Source of the DNA: Macrostomum lignano | Lineage: Eukaryota | Direction of reading: 5' to 3' | Length of the DNA: 64,000 nt | Assembly (NCBI GenBank): GCA_002269645.1 | Contig: NIVC01000667.1 | Location: 1-64,000 of the forward strand | Notes under the pieces: generated by a model | The model's database searches: none | Seen by the model: the letters and a program-made list of their open reading frames with translations, nothing else | What the model was told of the DNA's origin: nothing | Shown: positions 23,982 to 35,359 of the stretch, piece after piece | Layout of the letters: each line of letters begins with the position of its first letter | How positions within the stretch are numbered: the stretch's first letter is position 1 | Translations under genes and position numbers: made by a program

Positions 23982-25267
23982 AATTTCTTTGAAATTTCTT
24001 TGAAAAGGCCACATTTTAGCAAATTCCACCGAGACTGAGCTGAGAGGAACTCTAACTCCTCATCCTTTGTCGGCTAGTCGAGCTCGACGCAGCCGACGCT
24101 CGAGCTGTGTGCTTTTGTCAAAACCATGGCTGCAACCTACCCTCTACATGTCGTAGATTTAAGCTAGGGAGAAAAGCCGAGCTTTAGGCCTAGCTAAGCT
24201 AGGCCTTCTTAGTATTTACCGTGTAGGCTCTACTGTTAGTTAGAACATGACAGGATATCATAGATAAAGTGAACAGTGAACTTTTCTGTAATTTAATATC
24301 CCACTGGCTAGTTAAAAACCTACATTAGGCCTAAACCAAAGAGCTACATAAAAGAACATGTCTAGGTAGGCCTAGCTGATATTGAAAGAGTCTAGCACTA
24401 AATCCAAATGTGTCAAGTCTAACCATTTACCTATACCTTTTAAACCTATTTATTTAATATATTGCTTAACACATGGCCTTTCTTTTCTATAGACTGCTAA
24501 ACTATCTATGGTATTGTTTTATTTTTTGAGCCATTAAGCCCTAAATCATTTCTTAGTCCTCAAAACAATGACTAAGAATTTTGAAGACTAGAAAAATGAC
24601 CATTATAGTCATAGAAACAAGATGAATGCAAAATTGCACAACAAGGAAACAGTTAGTTATAAAACTAAAAGACTCTATTGATATTTTAAAAACTTCTAAA
24701 TTTCTAATTTTAGCTATGCAATACAATATATCTTGTTTTGTTTATATGAGTAGTCCTAAAAAGACATTTCACTTTTGAAATTTTTTTTGAAAAATAAAAA
24801 AGTTATACAAAATTTTGTCAATAAATTTTTTGTTGGCTTGTAATTTTTTTGCATATAAAAGACTGATCTATGATTAGTTTTGCAGATGATATCAAATTAA
24901 AAAAGTTTTTTAAAACTTTTATTCCTTAGGCCCTATTAAATTTTTATATGATATGATATTGATAATATGATATTTTTTCTTTTGCATTTTTTTTCTACTT
25001 TCAAAAATTATGTTTAAGTATGTCTATCATTTTATAATTTAAAATTTTTTTGTATTCTTTTAGTCTATAGTTATTATTTGCCTATCACATTATTGTCATT
25101 ACTTATCTATGTATGTAGTATGCCAAATATTGAAAAATGCTTATTTGATAGCTAGTATTCCCAAGTAAGTACTTTTTAATTATATATAATTAATAGAAAA
25201 TTGATATGCAATCTGTTTGTTTGCCATTCAAAGTGCATGTAAAGGCCTTAAAACCATTATTCACTTG

Positions 25268-25864
25268 CCATAGTCAGGATGATTTATATTATGCTGGAAA
25301 TTTCCGGCATACAATTGAAAATTTTACTTTTTTGGCATACAATTGGCATAAAAAATGAGGCAAAATATATTTGGCATACCTTTTGGCATGATGCCATGGC
25401 GTAAATACGCCAAGCAGGGTATGCCAACTCCAACCTTCATGCCAAAGTTAATATTAACAATTGTTGGCATAACGCCGTAACCTCAAAATCTTATTATAAA
25501 ATCATAAAAACCATAAAACTCGTAAGATGAAAGTTCATAACTATTCGTGATTTTTTAAAATTTAAAATTCCACACAAACTAATCGTGTAATTTTCTAAAG
25601 AAAACTTAAACATACAAAAATTATTTTTGTTGGCATTATCTGTAAGCCAATTTACTTTAAATAAAAACCACACATTTGTTAAATTTTTATTGTTAAAATT
25701 GTTAAATAATGTATAACATACAAAAAAGGTCATTTATTGTCGCAAAGCCTACAAAACCTGGCATAAGTTCCTAGGACCTTGGCGTATGTTTCAGTATGAA
25801 GTGGCATAGATTTTTTAGGAGACTTTTTATTCTGGCATATACCATGACATGATCCTGACTATGG
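25268..25864. mobile_element. Non-autonomous DNA transposon with 8-bp TSD (hAT/P-like), 597 bp
   Basis: TIR CCATAGTCAGGAT / ATCCTGACTATGG; exact TSD TTCACTTG (25260-25267, 25865-25872); many subterminal TGGCATA motifs in both orientations. Confidence 0.85.
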
Positions 25865-27252
25865 TTCACTTGTACATATAGTAAGTACTTTAGGCTTTAG
25901 AAACAAAAAGTGTAGCATAACATAAAAGTAGTATTTATCCTAGACCATGTTTTTCAATGAATTCTGTATTAGAAAATCCATGGCCAGATTTTGGAATTTG
26001 ACCTTGCCTATTTGATAGAAGCAAAACAAAGTAAAAAATCATTTTCGGTAAAGTTTAAAATAGTGTTTTATTGCCGCAAGTGTTGACTGCCATAACCATA
26101 ACTAATTAGGAAATTTCTTGCAAAATTGTGTAATTTGACTTTAATTTAACTTTTGTGAAATTTGTCCTATTGGTCTATGTTTTGTGTTATTTTATTGCAT
26201 TTTATTGTTCTTTTAAAAATTTATAATTAACTCATTATTTGTATTTTATAGTATGTAACTATTTTTTCTATTCATAAGTAGCCCTGTTTTGGTCATATTT
26301 TGCATTTTTGAATTCATACCACAATCTCACTGAAGTTGCTAGATAAAAACTGACAAACACTTTCCATTTCCAAAAGCAGAAGTCTTCAGACTAAATGTGA
26401 CATAGTTCTATAGAATGGAAAATATGTCTTTCAGTTCAGACTTGATGCATTATATTTGCTCTTATCCTGTTTGCACATTTCAATGAAAAATCATTTTAGA
26501 AGATCATTCACTATAATATAATGTTAAAATATGAAATAACAATAATATTAATGACTAAGTGTCATTAATAGGTCTCATTTATTAATTGTACAAAAAGAGT
26601 GGCTAAGATTGCATTTATCTTAAATTTAGCCTCTTTTGTTCCAACTACATATGTGGCTCTATTGCCTAAATCCTTGACCCTAGGGACTGCAAAGCTCCCT
26701 TCTATTGAGAATGAAAACATTCATTTAAATTTTAGTCCCCTACTGGTTTATCTATACAATGTCATACATAGAGTTTAAAATCTCTTGCTTAAGTCTCCAA
26801 CTGCAGGGACTTGAGAATTCCTTATAGAAAAGCTTTGAAACTAGCAGTGTTCACTCATATAAGATGTTCTACCCTGTTCTTACATATTAAATCAAGACTG
26901 AAACTGAATCTAGTCACTTTTACTAGATTAACTAGATATGGGAAATATGAGCATCTGTATCCATAAAAGCATCTGTATCCATAACTTCCTATATTAGTCA
27001 TATCTGCAGCTATGGTGGATTTCTAATTTTGTTAAAACTTTTAGCTAACTTGAACTTGTTATATTTACATTTAAATAGAATTTAGTTGATTGTAATGTTG
27101 TAAATTTGTCTATAAGTTATAATAAGTTATATCTTATCCCTTTCTGGTTTTTGGATTTTAACTAAATATTCAAGCCTTATAGTAATAAGACAGAAATGAT
27201 TTATCAAATATTCCCAATTGCATAGATTTGCTAACATATGAACAGATAATAA

Positions 27253-27468
27253 ATGTCTATTAAGCGTCAAGTCAGTCGCCTGTTCTATTACCATGGCATC
27301 CTATGTGCAAGATTCCCTGTGTACATTTTGGCTGGCGTAATTCTTATAATTCTGTTCTTCTGGTATCCACTGTTGACTCTGTCCATTCCTAGTCGGTCAC
27401 CATATGAGTTTGTCATAGACAAGCCTAATAATCTGACTGGCAGTTCTGTGTCACCTACACGGCCTTGG
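27253..27468 (+). CDS. SCAP: SCAP (SREBP cleavage-activating protein) coding exon 1
   Basis: MSIKRQVSRLFYYHGILCARFPVYIL...YPLLTLSIPSRSPYEF matches the SCAP N-terminus (ISRAFYNHGLLCASYP...YPLLKLPLPGTGPVEF); donor TGG|GTGAGT. Confidence 0.92.
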
Positions 27469-27581
27469 GTGAGTATGGTGTCTATGTACTTTAATGTAAT
27501 GTTCTGAGCGGTCCTACTTTTTAATTGCTATTACAAAGTCTGTAGATGTAGCTTATTGAAAATATTTTCCTTCTTCGCGTG

Positions 27582-27582
<1 letters not shown>

Positions 27583-27630
<48 letters not shown>
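27583..27630. repeat. (CT)n microsatellite, left flank of the Penelope-like fragment
   Basis: Direct reading; a matching (CT)n lies at 28563-28610. Confidence 0.95.
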
Positions 27631-27632
<2 letters not shown>

Positions 27633-28560
27633 AGCCTGTCCTGTGGCTCCAAGAGCATCATCTATGGCATCTCCTGTAACCAGTGCCACCCTGGGAAAAT
27701 CCTCTATGTAGGTATGACTAGAAGAACAATGAGAGATAAATGAACCAGCACAGGTCAAATATTAACAGGAGAATCGTTACTTCGGGGTCAGAGCACTTTC
27801 ACCCCCAATCACTCGATTGCAAACTTTGTTTCCATTGCTATCGAACAAGTTCTTAATAACAACAAAATCGAACTAAGGGAAGAAATCTGGATTAAAAAAC
27901 TGGGGACTGACAAACCGCCAGGTACGAACATCAGGGTCGACAATCATCTTCTCCGACCCATCCCAATGGCCCTCCTTTTCACCCATCTACGGTCTGGCTT
28001 GCCAACGAGATTGCTAAAAACTTTGATAAGCTACAAAATAAACCAGGCTCCCGCATACTGCCCACATTTACACGGCAACGTAATTTACAGAGCCTCCTGG
28101 CTCCCAATAAGTTCAAGTCTCAGCCAGGAAACCATTGAATCATTTTAACCAATGTGGTCATTTTACCCTATTGAAGTACAATATTTATTCACTTTGTCAT
28201 TTATTTTATCCAAACTACTTGATTGTACGCACAAATATCGATTTTTACGCTCCTACCTCCAATACTGGAATTTCATCTAATCGTATAGTACTTCGAAAAA
28301 AAACAATTTTTATATAATAAATATACTGTCGATTGAAATGAATGGTGGAAAGCCTCTGGGACAAGTTAGAGCTAGACAAAACAGGGTTTTAAATGTAAAT
28401 CCATCATATGTACAACTACTCATCAGTTTTATCAGACTAAGAAAAATAATACTTAAAAGACCAACTTGCTTTGCATTACACACAGATTTTTGGCCTGACG
28501 AAGAGCCCAGAGGCTTAAAACCGGTAGCCTATTTTCTAAAATAATATTTTAATACGCCGT
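27633..28560 (+). mobile_element. 5'-truncated Penelope-like retroelement (GIY-YIG endonuclease and 3' region) in SCAP intron 1
   Basis: With frameshifts: SCGSKSIIYGISCNQCHPGKILYVGMTRRTMRD/MNQHRSNINRR...EHF/NHSIANFVSIAIEQVLNNNKIELREEIWIKKLGTDKPPGTN, the diagnostic PLE GIY-YIG; hammerhead motif downstream. Confidence 0.85.
28492..28529 (+). ncRNA. Minimal hammerhead ribozyme (PLE type), probably inactivated
   Basis: GGC CTGACGA AGAGCC-CAGA-GGCTT AAAA CCG GTA GCC: stem I GGC/GCC, CUGANGA core, stem II, palindromic ACCGGT stem III, GUA cleavage triplet; conserved GAAA reads AAAA. Confidence 0.7.
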
Positions 28561-28563
28561 GAC

Positions 28564-28611
<48 letters not shown>

Positions 28612-29039
28612 GACCCTTAATGACTCATTCTCCAGTAACAACAGTATTTTACTATCATGGCGTGATATATTAGTTCTTCTATACATTGGACAGAAAGGCT
28701 AGCTAATTTAGAGTCTTGTGTATCAGGTGACTCAGGTCTTGCCATTTTCTATTTTTATACCATATATAATAAAGTTATACCGGTGCTCGTATTTTTGATA
28801 TACTGAAACTGCGGGTACAATAGTACTAGTAGTTGTGTGCTACCCCAGGCCTTAGTGCTGAGTTCTGTGTGTGCTTAGATTCTTAAAGATCCGAATGCCA
28901 CTGAACAGTCTGTGTTGGGAGATTGTGCTTTTTATTGAACAATTTTTTAACAAACTGAAATTCAGTCACTGCCTGTTTCAAGTTCTTAATTTTTCCCATT
29001 CCCATTCTCCCAAAACAGACAATCCCATTTTCTTAACTC

Positions 29040-30245
29040 CCAAGGATTCTCCCAGACATTCTGATTATCTCAATACCTCAGACATCCCCATTCTCCCAAA
29101 TCCTTAGACATCCCCATTTTCCCAAATCCCAGACATCCCCATTCTCCCAAATCCTTAGACATCCCCATTTTCCCAAATCCTCAGACATCCCCATTTTCCC
29201 AAATCCCAGACATCCCCATTTTCCTAAATCCTCAGACATCCCCATTTCCCAAATCCCAGACATCCCCATTTTCCCAAATCCCAGACATCCCCATTCTCCC
29301 AAATCCTTAGACATCCCCATTTTCCCAAATCCTCAGACATCCCCATTTTCCCAAATCCCAGACATCCCCATTTTCCCAAATCCCAGACATCCCCATTCTC
29401 TTCTCCCAAATCCTTAGACATCCCCATTTTCCCAAATCCTCAGACATCCCCATTTTCCCAAATCCCAGACATCCCCATTTTCCCAAATCCTTAGACATCC
29501 CCATTTTCCCAAATCCTCAGACATCCCCATTTTCCCAAATCCCAGACATCCCCATTCTCCCAAATCCTTAGACATCCCCATTTTCCCAAATCCCAGACAT
29601 CCCCATTTTCCCAAATTCCAGACATCCCCATTCTCTTCTCCCAAATCCTTAGACATCCCCATTTTCCCAAATCCTCAGACATCCCCATTTTCCCAAAAAT
29701 CCCAGACATCCCCATTTTCCCAAATCCTTAGACATCCCCATTTTCCCAAATCCCAGACATCCCCATTTTCCCAAATCCCAGACATCCCCGTTCTCCCAAA
29801 TCCTTAGACATCCCCATTTTCCCAAATCCTCAGACATCCCCATTTCCCAAATCCCAGACATCCCCATTTTCCCAAATCCCAGACATCCCCATTCTCCCAA
29901 ATCCTCAGACATCCCCATTGTCCCAAAATCCTCAGACATCCTCATTTTCCCAAATCCTCATACATCCCCATTGTCCCAAAATCCTCAGACATCCCCATTC
30001 TCCCAAATCCCAGACACCCCCATTTTCCCAAATCCTCAGACATCCCCATTCTCCCAAATCCTTAGACATCCTCATTTTCCCAAATCCTCATACATCCCCA
30101 TTGTCCCAAAATCCTCAGACATCCCCATTCTCCCAAATCCTCAGTCAAGCATCCCTATTGTCCCAAAATCCTCAGACATCCTCATTTTCCCAAATCCTCA
30201 TACATCCCCATTGTCCCAAAATCCTCAGAATTCCCATTATCCCAA
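29040..30245. repeat. ~25-bp minisatellite (CAGACATCCCCATTTTCCCAAATCC) in SCAP intron 1
   Basis: Direct reading; source of the MGMSEDLGKWGC ORFs. Confidence 0.95.
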
Positions 30246-30275
30246 ATGACAATCTCTGTTATTTTCTCCGCGCAG

Positions 30276-30603
30276 TTGCACCGGCCGGCCGAGGCTGTGA
30301 TTCTGCAGTTGCTGGTCACCGTCCACGTGTCCAAGCAGGCATCCGTTGATGCTCTGCGGGCGGCCCTCGCTGGCAGCTTCGAACTTCACGCTTTGGTTCG
30401 CGATTTTCAACACGGCAACGCCAGTCTGAGCAACCTGTGTTTTACTGTTGATGAAGCCACTGCTTTGACTCCAGCTGAGAGGCGGCAGCTGCCCGCCTAC
30501 GGCTGCCTGTTGTTGTCACCCGCGTCTCTATGGCAACAGGAAGCTGAGATGTTCAATTCTGATCGCAACCTGTTGCGGACTGTCTACGTATCGCCTCTGA
30601 AAG
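30276..30603 (+). CDS. SCAP: SCAP coding exon 2 (luminal loop 1)
   Basis: cgcag|LHRPAEAVILQLLV...LSNLCFTV...YGCLLLSPASLWQ (human HGCLLLSPGNFWQ); ends AAAG|gttttg, phase consistent with exon 3. Confidence 0.88.
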
Positions 30604-30717
30604 GTTTTGGACTTTTTGTTGCTAAAAATACGAGCGTAGTGATGCATTCGCATTGATGCCGAGTAGAAAATAATATTTCTTCCAATTTATAAGTAATAAA
30701 AAATTAATTCATTTCAG

Positions 30718-30832
30718 AGATTTTATTCGGCATGCCCTGGCGTCACACTGGCGTCTCTCGTTTCAATGTTCGCAGCAGAGATCGAGTTATCTCATACTGT
30801 GTGACCGCTTTTTTAAAAAACCATGATCAAGA
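30718..30832 (+). CDS. SCAP: SCAP coding exon 3
   Basis: tttcag|(E)ILFGMPWRHTGVSRFNVRSRDRVISYCVTAFLKNHDQ, cf. human [28 protein letters not shown]; donor GA|GTGAGT. Confidence 0.88.
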
Positions 30833-31337
30833 GTGAGTGCTGTTCCATTGTATAGTTTTCTTAGTTTCTTAGAAAACATTTCTTAGTCAGTTTCTTAGAA
30901 AACATGATCAAGAGTGAGTGCTGTTCCATTGTATAGTTTTCTTAGTTTCTTAGAAAACATTTCTTAGTCAGTTTCTTAGAAACCATGATCAAGAGTGAGT
31001 GCTGTTCCATTGTATAGTTTTCTTAGTTTCTTAGAAAACATTTCTTAGTCAGTTTCTTAGAAACCATGATCAAGAGTGAGTGCTGTTCCATTGTATAGTT
31101 TTCTTAGTTTCTTAGAAAACATTTCTTAGTCAGTTTCTTAGAAACCATGATCAAGAGTGAGTGCTGTTCCATTGTATAGTTTTCTTAGTTTCTTAGAAAA
31201 CATTTCTTAGTCAGTTTCTTAGAAAACATGATCAAGAGTGAGTGCTGTTCCATTGTATAGTTTTCTTAGTTTCTTAGAAAACATTTCTTAGTCAGTTTCT
31301 TAGAAAACATGATCAAGAGTGAGTGCTGTTCCATTGT
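30819..31337. repeat. 81-bp tandem repeat containing the exon 3 splice donor (7 donor copies)
   Basis: CATGATCAAGA|GTGAGTGC recurs with GAGTGAG starting at 30831, 30912, 30993, 31074, 31155, 31236 and 31317. Confidence 0.95.
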
Positions 31338-31383
31338 CATTTATGAACCTAAATGTATATAAATATTATAATTATTGCTTTAG

Positions 31384-31565
31384 ATTCGTGGATTCACTTG
31401 TCAATCGAGCTGCAAAGCTGTCATGGGCTAAGCACTTGCCTGTTTTGGAGTCGGCCTCCCTAACGCCAACTCACATCTATTTTAAAGACAACAGTTTCAT
31501 TGTGGAATACACTCCATTGCTGGTTCTGTATTCCATACTGTTTTTGTATATCTACTTTTCAGTTC
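31384..31565 (+). CDS. SCAP: SCAP coding exon 4 (TM2, YIYF motif)
   Basis: ctttag|FVDSL...HIYFKDNSFIVEYTPLLVLYSILFLYIYFSV|gtaagt. Confidence 0.92.
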
Positions 31566-31749
31566 GTAAGTTTTCTGTCATTTTTGTTGGTTATGTAACT
31601 TATGTTGAAGGAGGTCATGCTCTGAAACTTTGAAATATTATTTTCGAACAAATATAACTACAGGTCGCCTAATTTTTAGCGTTAGTTTAGTCATGTTAAG
31701 ACTATATTTTGCGTTGGGGTTTTTAACTGTGCTTTTTAGTCAAATCATC

Positions 31750-32165
31750 ATTTTGAACTGCTTTGTGGGTCATAATGGTCATTGTGAACTGCTTTGTTGG
31801 TCATAATGGTCATTGTGAACTGCTTTGTTAGTTATTATAGTCATTGTGAACAGATTCATTGGTCATAATGGTCATTTTGAACTGCTTTGTTGGTCATAAT
31901 GGTCATTGTGAACTGCTTTGTTGGTCATAATGGTCATTGTGAACTGCTTTGTTGGTCATAATGGTCATTGTGAACTGCTTTGTTGGTCATAATGGTCATT
32001 GTGAACTGCTTTGTTGGTCATAATGGTCATTGTGAACTGCTTTGTTGGTCAAAATGGTCATTGTGAACTGCTTTGTTGGTCAAAATGGTCATTGTGAACT
32101 GCTTTGTTGGTCATAATGGTCATTGTGGACTGCTTTGTTGGTCAAAATGGTCATTGTGAACAGAT
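31750..32165. repeat. 31-bp minisatellite (TGGTCATAATGGTCATTGTGAACTGCTTTGT) in SCAP intron 4
   Basis: Direct reading. Confidence 0.93.
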
Positions 32166-32349
32166 TCGTTGGTCATACAGGTTAAACCGCTTCATGGATC
32201 CTATTGGTCAAAATAATTGAATTTTGGTCATAGATATCGGACATTTAAGCCATCGTAAACTGCTTTGGGTCATAATGCTCATATTTAAAAAAAATCGGTC
32301 ATTAGTCTTTGGTCATAAAAGGTGATTGCAATCCTTCACTTAATCGCAG

Positions 32350-33224
32350 GCAAAATCCAGATGGTGAAGAGCAAGTGGGGCTTAGCCTTTGGCGCCTGTT
32401 TCACCGTGGTGGCCTCTCTGCTAATGTCCGTGGGAGTCTGCATGTATTTTGGCATCGCGCCAAGTCTGAACGGTTCGGAAACCTTTCCCTATCTGGTTGT
32501 ACTGATAGGCATGGAGAATGTTTTGGTCATCACCAAGTCGGTTGTGAGCACCCCAGTTGAATTGGAGGTCAGGCACAGGGTTGCCGTGGGCTTGAGCAAA
32601 GAAGGCTGGACCATCACTCGCAGCCTGGTTGCGGAGGTCGGCCTGCTGAGTCTGGGTTTGTTATCCTTCAACACCAGCATCCAAGAGTTCGCCCTGTTCG
32701 CTGTAGTCGGTCTGTGTACAGATTTCTTTCTGCAGATGTTCTTCTTTGTCACTATATTGGCTATCGATATCAAGCGAATGGAACCGTTGCCTGTGGCTAA
32801 GCAGAGGACTGCTAATCTGCTTCAACAGCAGCAGCAACTGAAGCAGCAAGACCAACAACAACAAAAGCAGCAATCTATACAGCAGGTTCCTCAAGACCTG
32901 GCTGTCACCCTTGGCTGCGACGAGTCTATAGAAGACAATAACAGTGATTCGAAACCGGCGACTGCTCAGACTGCATCGGATTCTGCTGAGCAGCTGCGCA
33001 AGCTTCATCAATTCCATCATATGCATAGGCGACAGCCTTCCGATGCTAATACTGCCGCCTTCTTGATGCATTCGTTGACTGCTGCGGCAACTTCGGCTCC
33101 AGCTAGTGCTAGTGTGGACTCCGCACCTGCTGTTCCAAGGCGGATTCGAGTTCTGTACTACTTGGCTAGCAAACGGCTGGCTTTGCGATTGCTGCTTTTG
33201 GTACTGTGCGTCTGGCTGCTGCAG
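32350..33224 (+). CDS. SCAP: SCAP coding exon 5 (sterol-sensing domain TM3-6, loop 6, TM7)
   Basis: cgcag|[13 protein letters not shown]...[29 protein letters not shown]...[35 protein letters not shown]; donor CAG|GTGAGA. Confidence 0.95.
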
Positions 33225-33289
33225 GTGAGACTGGGGGGTGAGGAGTCTGGGAAAAAGATATCTGAGAATCTTTGTGAATGGGATCTGAG

Positions 33290-33745
33290 AATCTCGGGAG
33301 ATGGGATCTAGGAATCTCAGGAGATAGGATCTCAAAATCTCGGGTAATGGGATCTCAGAATCTCAGGAGATAGGATCTCAAAATCACAGATGGGATCTCA
33401 GAATCTCGAGAGATGGGATCGCAGAATCTCGAGAGATGGGATCTCAAAATCTCGAGAGATGGGATCTCAAAATCTCGAGAGATGGGATCTCAGAATCTAG
33501 GGAGATGGGATCTCAGAATCTAGGGAGATGGGATCTAATAAACAGCTTGAGATTCTTCGAAACTTTGCCCACTCACACTAGACTCCAAAGTATCTCACAC
33601 TAGACTCCAAAGTATCTCACACTAGACTCCAAAGAATCTCACACTAGACTCAAAAGAATCTCACTCTAGACTCAAAAGAATCTCACACTAGACTCCAAAG
33701 AATCTCACACTAGACTCCAAAGAATCTCACTCTAGACTCAAAGGA
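33290..33745. repeat. Two minisatellites in SCAP intron 5 (GATGGGATCTCAGAATCTCGAGA-type and 22-bp CACACTAGACTCCAAAGAATCT-type)
   Basis: Direct reading; the second family recurs in intron 7. Confidence 0.88.
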
Positions 33746-33769
33746 ATCTGATAATTGAAAATCCAACAG

Positions 33770-34241
33770 GCCAGCGGCTTAATTTCGGCAGTCAGTCGGC
33801 AGCTGCACAGCTCTCTGACATTCTCTTCAAATTTGTCCACGACCGCGTCATCAAACCCGGGCTCGCCGGGAGACCTTGTAGAGCATCCAGATTATCAGCG
33901 GTACTGGCCAGAGATGGCTGCGCTGCATTGGCCCAGTTTATTCGGTCACTATAATCGCAGCTTAGCTGGGAGATACGTCACCTATCTGGGTGCTGCTTGT
34001 TATCAGTCCGCCGCTGCAGATCGATCAGCTGCTATTGATGAAGAAACTGTAACTGAGCAGCCGCAGCAGGAGCAGCCTTGGTGGTTTCTTCTAGGCAGAC
34101 CGGCTGCTCTGCACGGCACCTGGGGCTTGGCGGCGATCTGCCTGTTTGGCGTCACCTTTGTGTTGACTTCTACCTATGCGCTGATGCTCTGCTGTCAGCT
34201 CTGTGGCCTCGCCTGGCTGTTTCGGCTGGGATCTAGAGCTT
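33770..34241 (+). CDS. SCAP: SCAP coding exon 6 (loop 7, TM8)
   Basis: caacag|ASGLISAVS...YWPEMAALHWPSLFGHYNRSLAGRYVTYL (SCAP W..LF..YN.TL..RY....) followed by a TM segment; donor T|GTGAGT. Confidence 0.88.
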
Positions 34242-34960
34242 GTGAGTGATGCTTTTAGTGACTGAGTAGGGTGACTAAGCTTGTGAGTGATGCTTTTAGT
34301 GACTGAGCTTGTGAGTGATGCTTTTAGTGACTGAGCTTGTGAGTGATGCTTTTAGTGACTGAGCTTGTGAGTGATGCTTTTAGTGACTGAGCTTGTGAGT
34401 GATGCTTTTAGTGACTGAGCTTGTGAGTGATGCTTTTAGTGACTGAGTAGGGTGACTGAGCTTGTGAGTGATGCTTTTAGTGACTGAGTAGGGTGACTGA
34501 GCTTGTGAGTGATGCTTTTAGTGACTGAGCTTGTGAGTGATGCTTTTAGTGACTGAGCTTGTGAGTGATGCTTTTAGTGACTGAGCTTGTGAGTGATGCT
34601 TTTAGTGACTGAGCTTGTGAGTGATGCTTTTAGTGACTGAGCTTGTGAGTGATGCTTTTAGTGACTGAGCTTGTGAGTGATGCTTTTAGTGACTGAATAG
34701 GGTGACTGAGTGTTGATTTTAGTGACTGAGTTGGGTGATAATTTTAGTGACTGAGTAGTATGTTTGAGTTTGAGATCTTGAGTAATGTGTCCGAGTTTCT
34801 GAGATCTTGATTGCGTTGTCCGACTTTGTGAGATCTTGAGTAGTGTGTCCGAGTTTGTGAGATCTTGAGTAGTGTGTCCGAGTTTGTGAGATCTTGAGTA
34901 GTGTGTCCGAGTTTTTGAGATCTTGAATAGGGTGTCCGAGTTTGTGAGATCTGAGTCATT
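34236..34960. repeat. 28-bp minisatellite containing the exon 6 donor, followed by a ~29-bp GAGATCTTGAGTAGTGTGTCCGAGTTTGT repeat
   Basis: GAGCTTGTGAGTGATGCTTTTAGTGACT, ~15 units starting in the exon end. Confidence 0.93.
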
Positions 34961-34997
34961 CCGCAGTAAAATAATCATACAAATAAAATTATTTCAG

Positions 34998-35323
34998 TTG
35001 ATCGGCCGCCCCCGCTGCGCACAGTGGTGCCTGTTGTACTGCCAGCCACATCCATGGACGTCGATCTGGTGTGCATCTCCTCGCTAGCGCCTGCCGACTG
35101 TCCAGCAACGCGCCGCGTTGAAGACCGAATATTGGCGGCCAGCAGTCTCGACGGCTCTGTGTCAGTGTGGAATCTTTCTGGCCGTCGGCTGGCCTATTTT
35201 GACAGGCAATTACAGCACGAGGGACAGTGCGATTGCGTCACGAGTGATGCAACTGTTGGTCCAGCCGATGGTTATGGCAAATTGGGCGACGGACCTGATG
35301 TCGGACTCGGATTGAGACAACGG
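34998..35323 (+). CDS. SCAP: SCAP coding exon 7 (first WD40)
   Basis: tttcag|DRPPPLRTVVPVVLPATSMDVDLVC...LAASSLDGSVSVWNL (human IVPLVLRGHLMDIECL...CCLAGHVCVWD); donor CGG|GTGGGT is the least certain boundary. Confidence 0.8.
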
Positions 35324-35359
35324 GTGGGTCTGCGTGTCTTGCTGTTCTTAACATAGAGT

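Noticed and set aside
30819-31337. Regularly spaced repeats (this and other arrays) as CRISPR arrays
   Set aside because: Units are contiguous with no unique spacers, there are no cas genes, and the context is spliced eukaryotic DNA.
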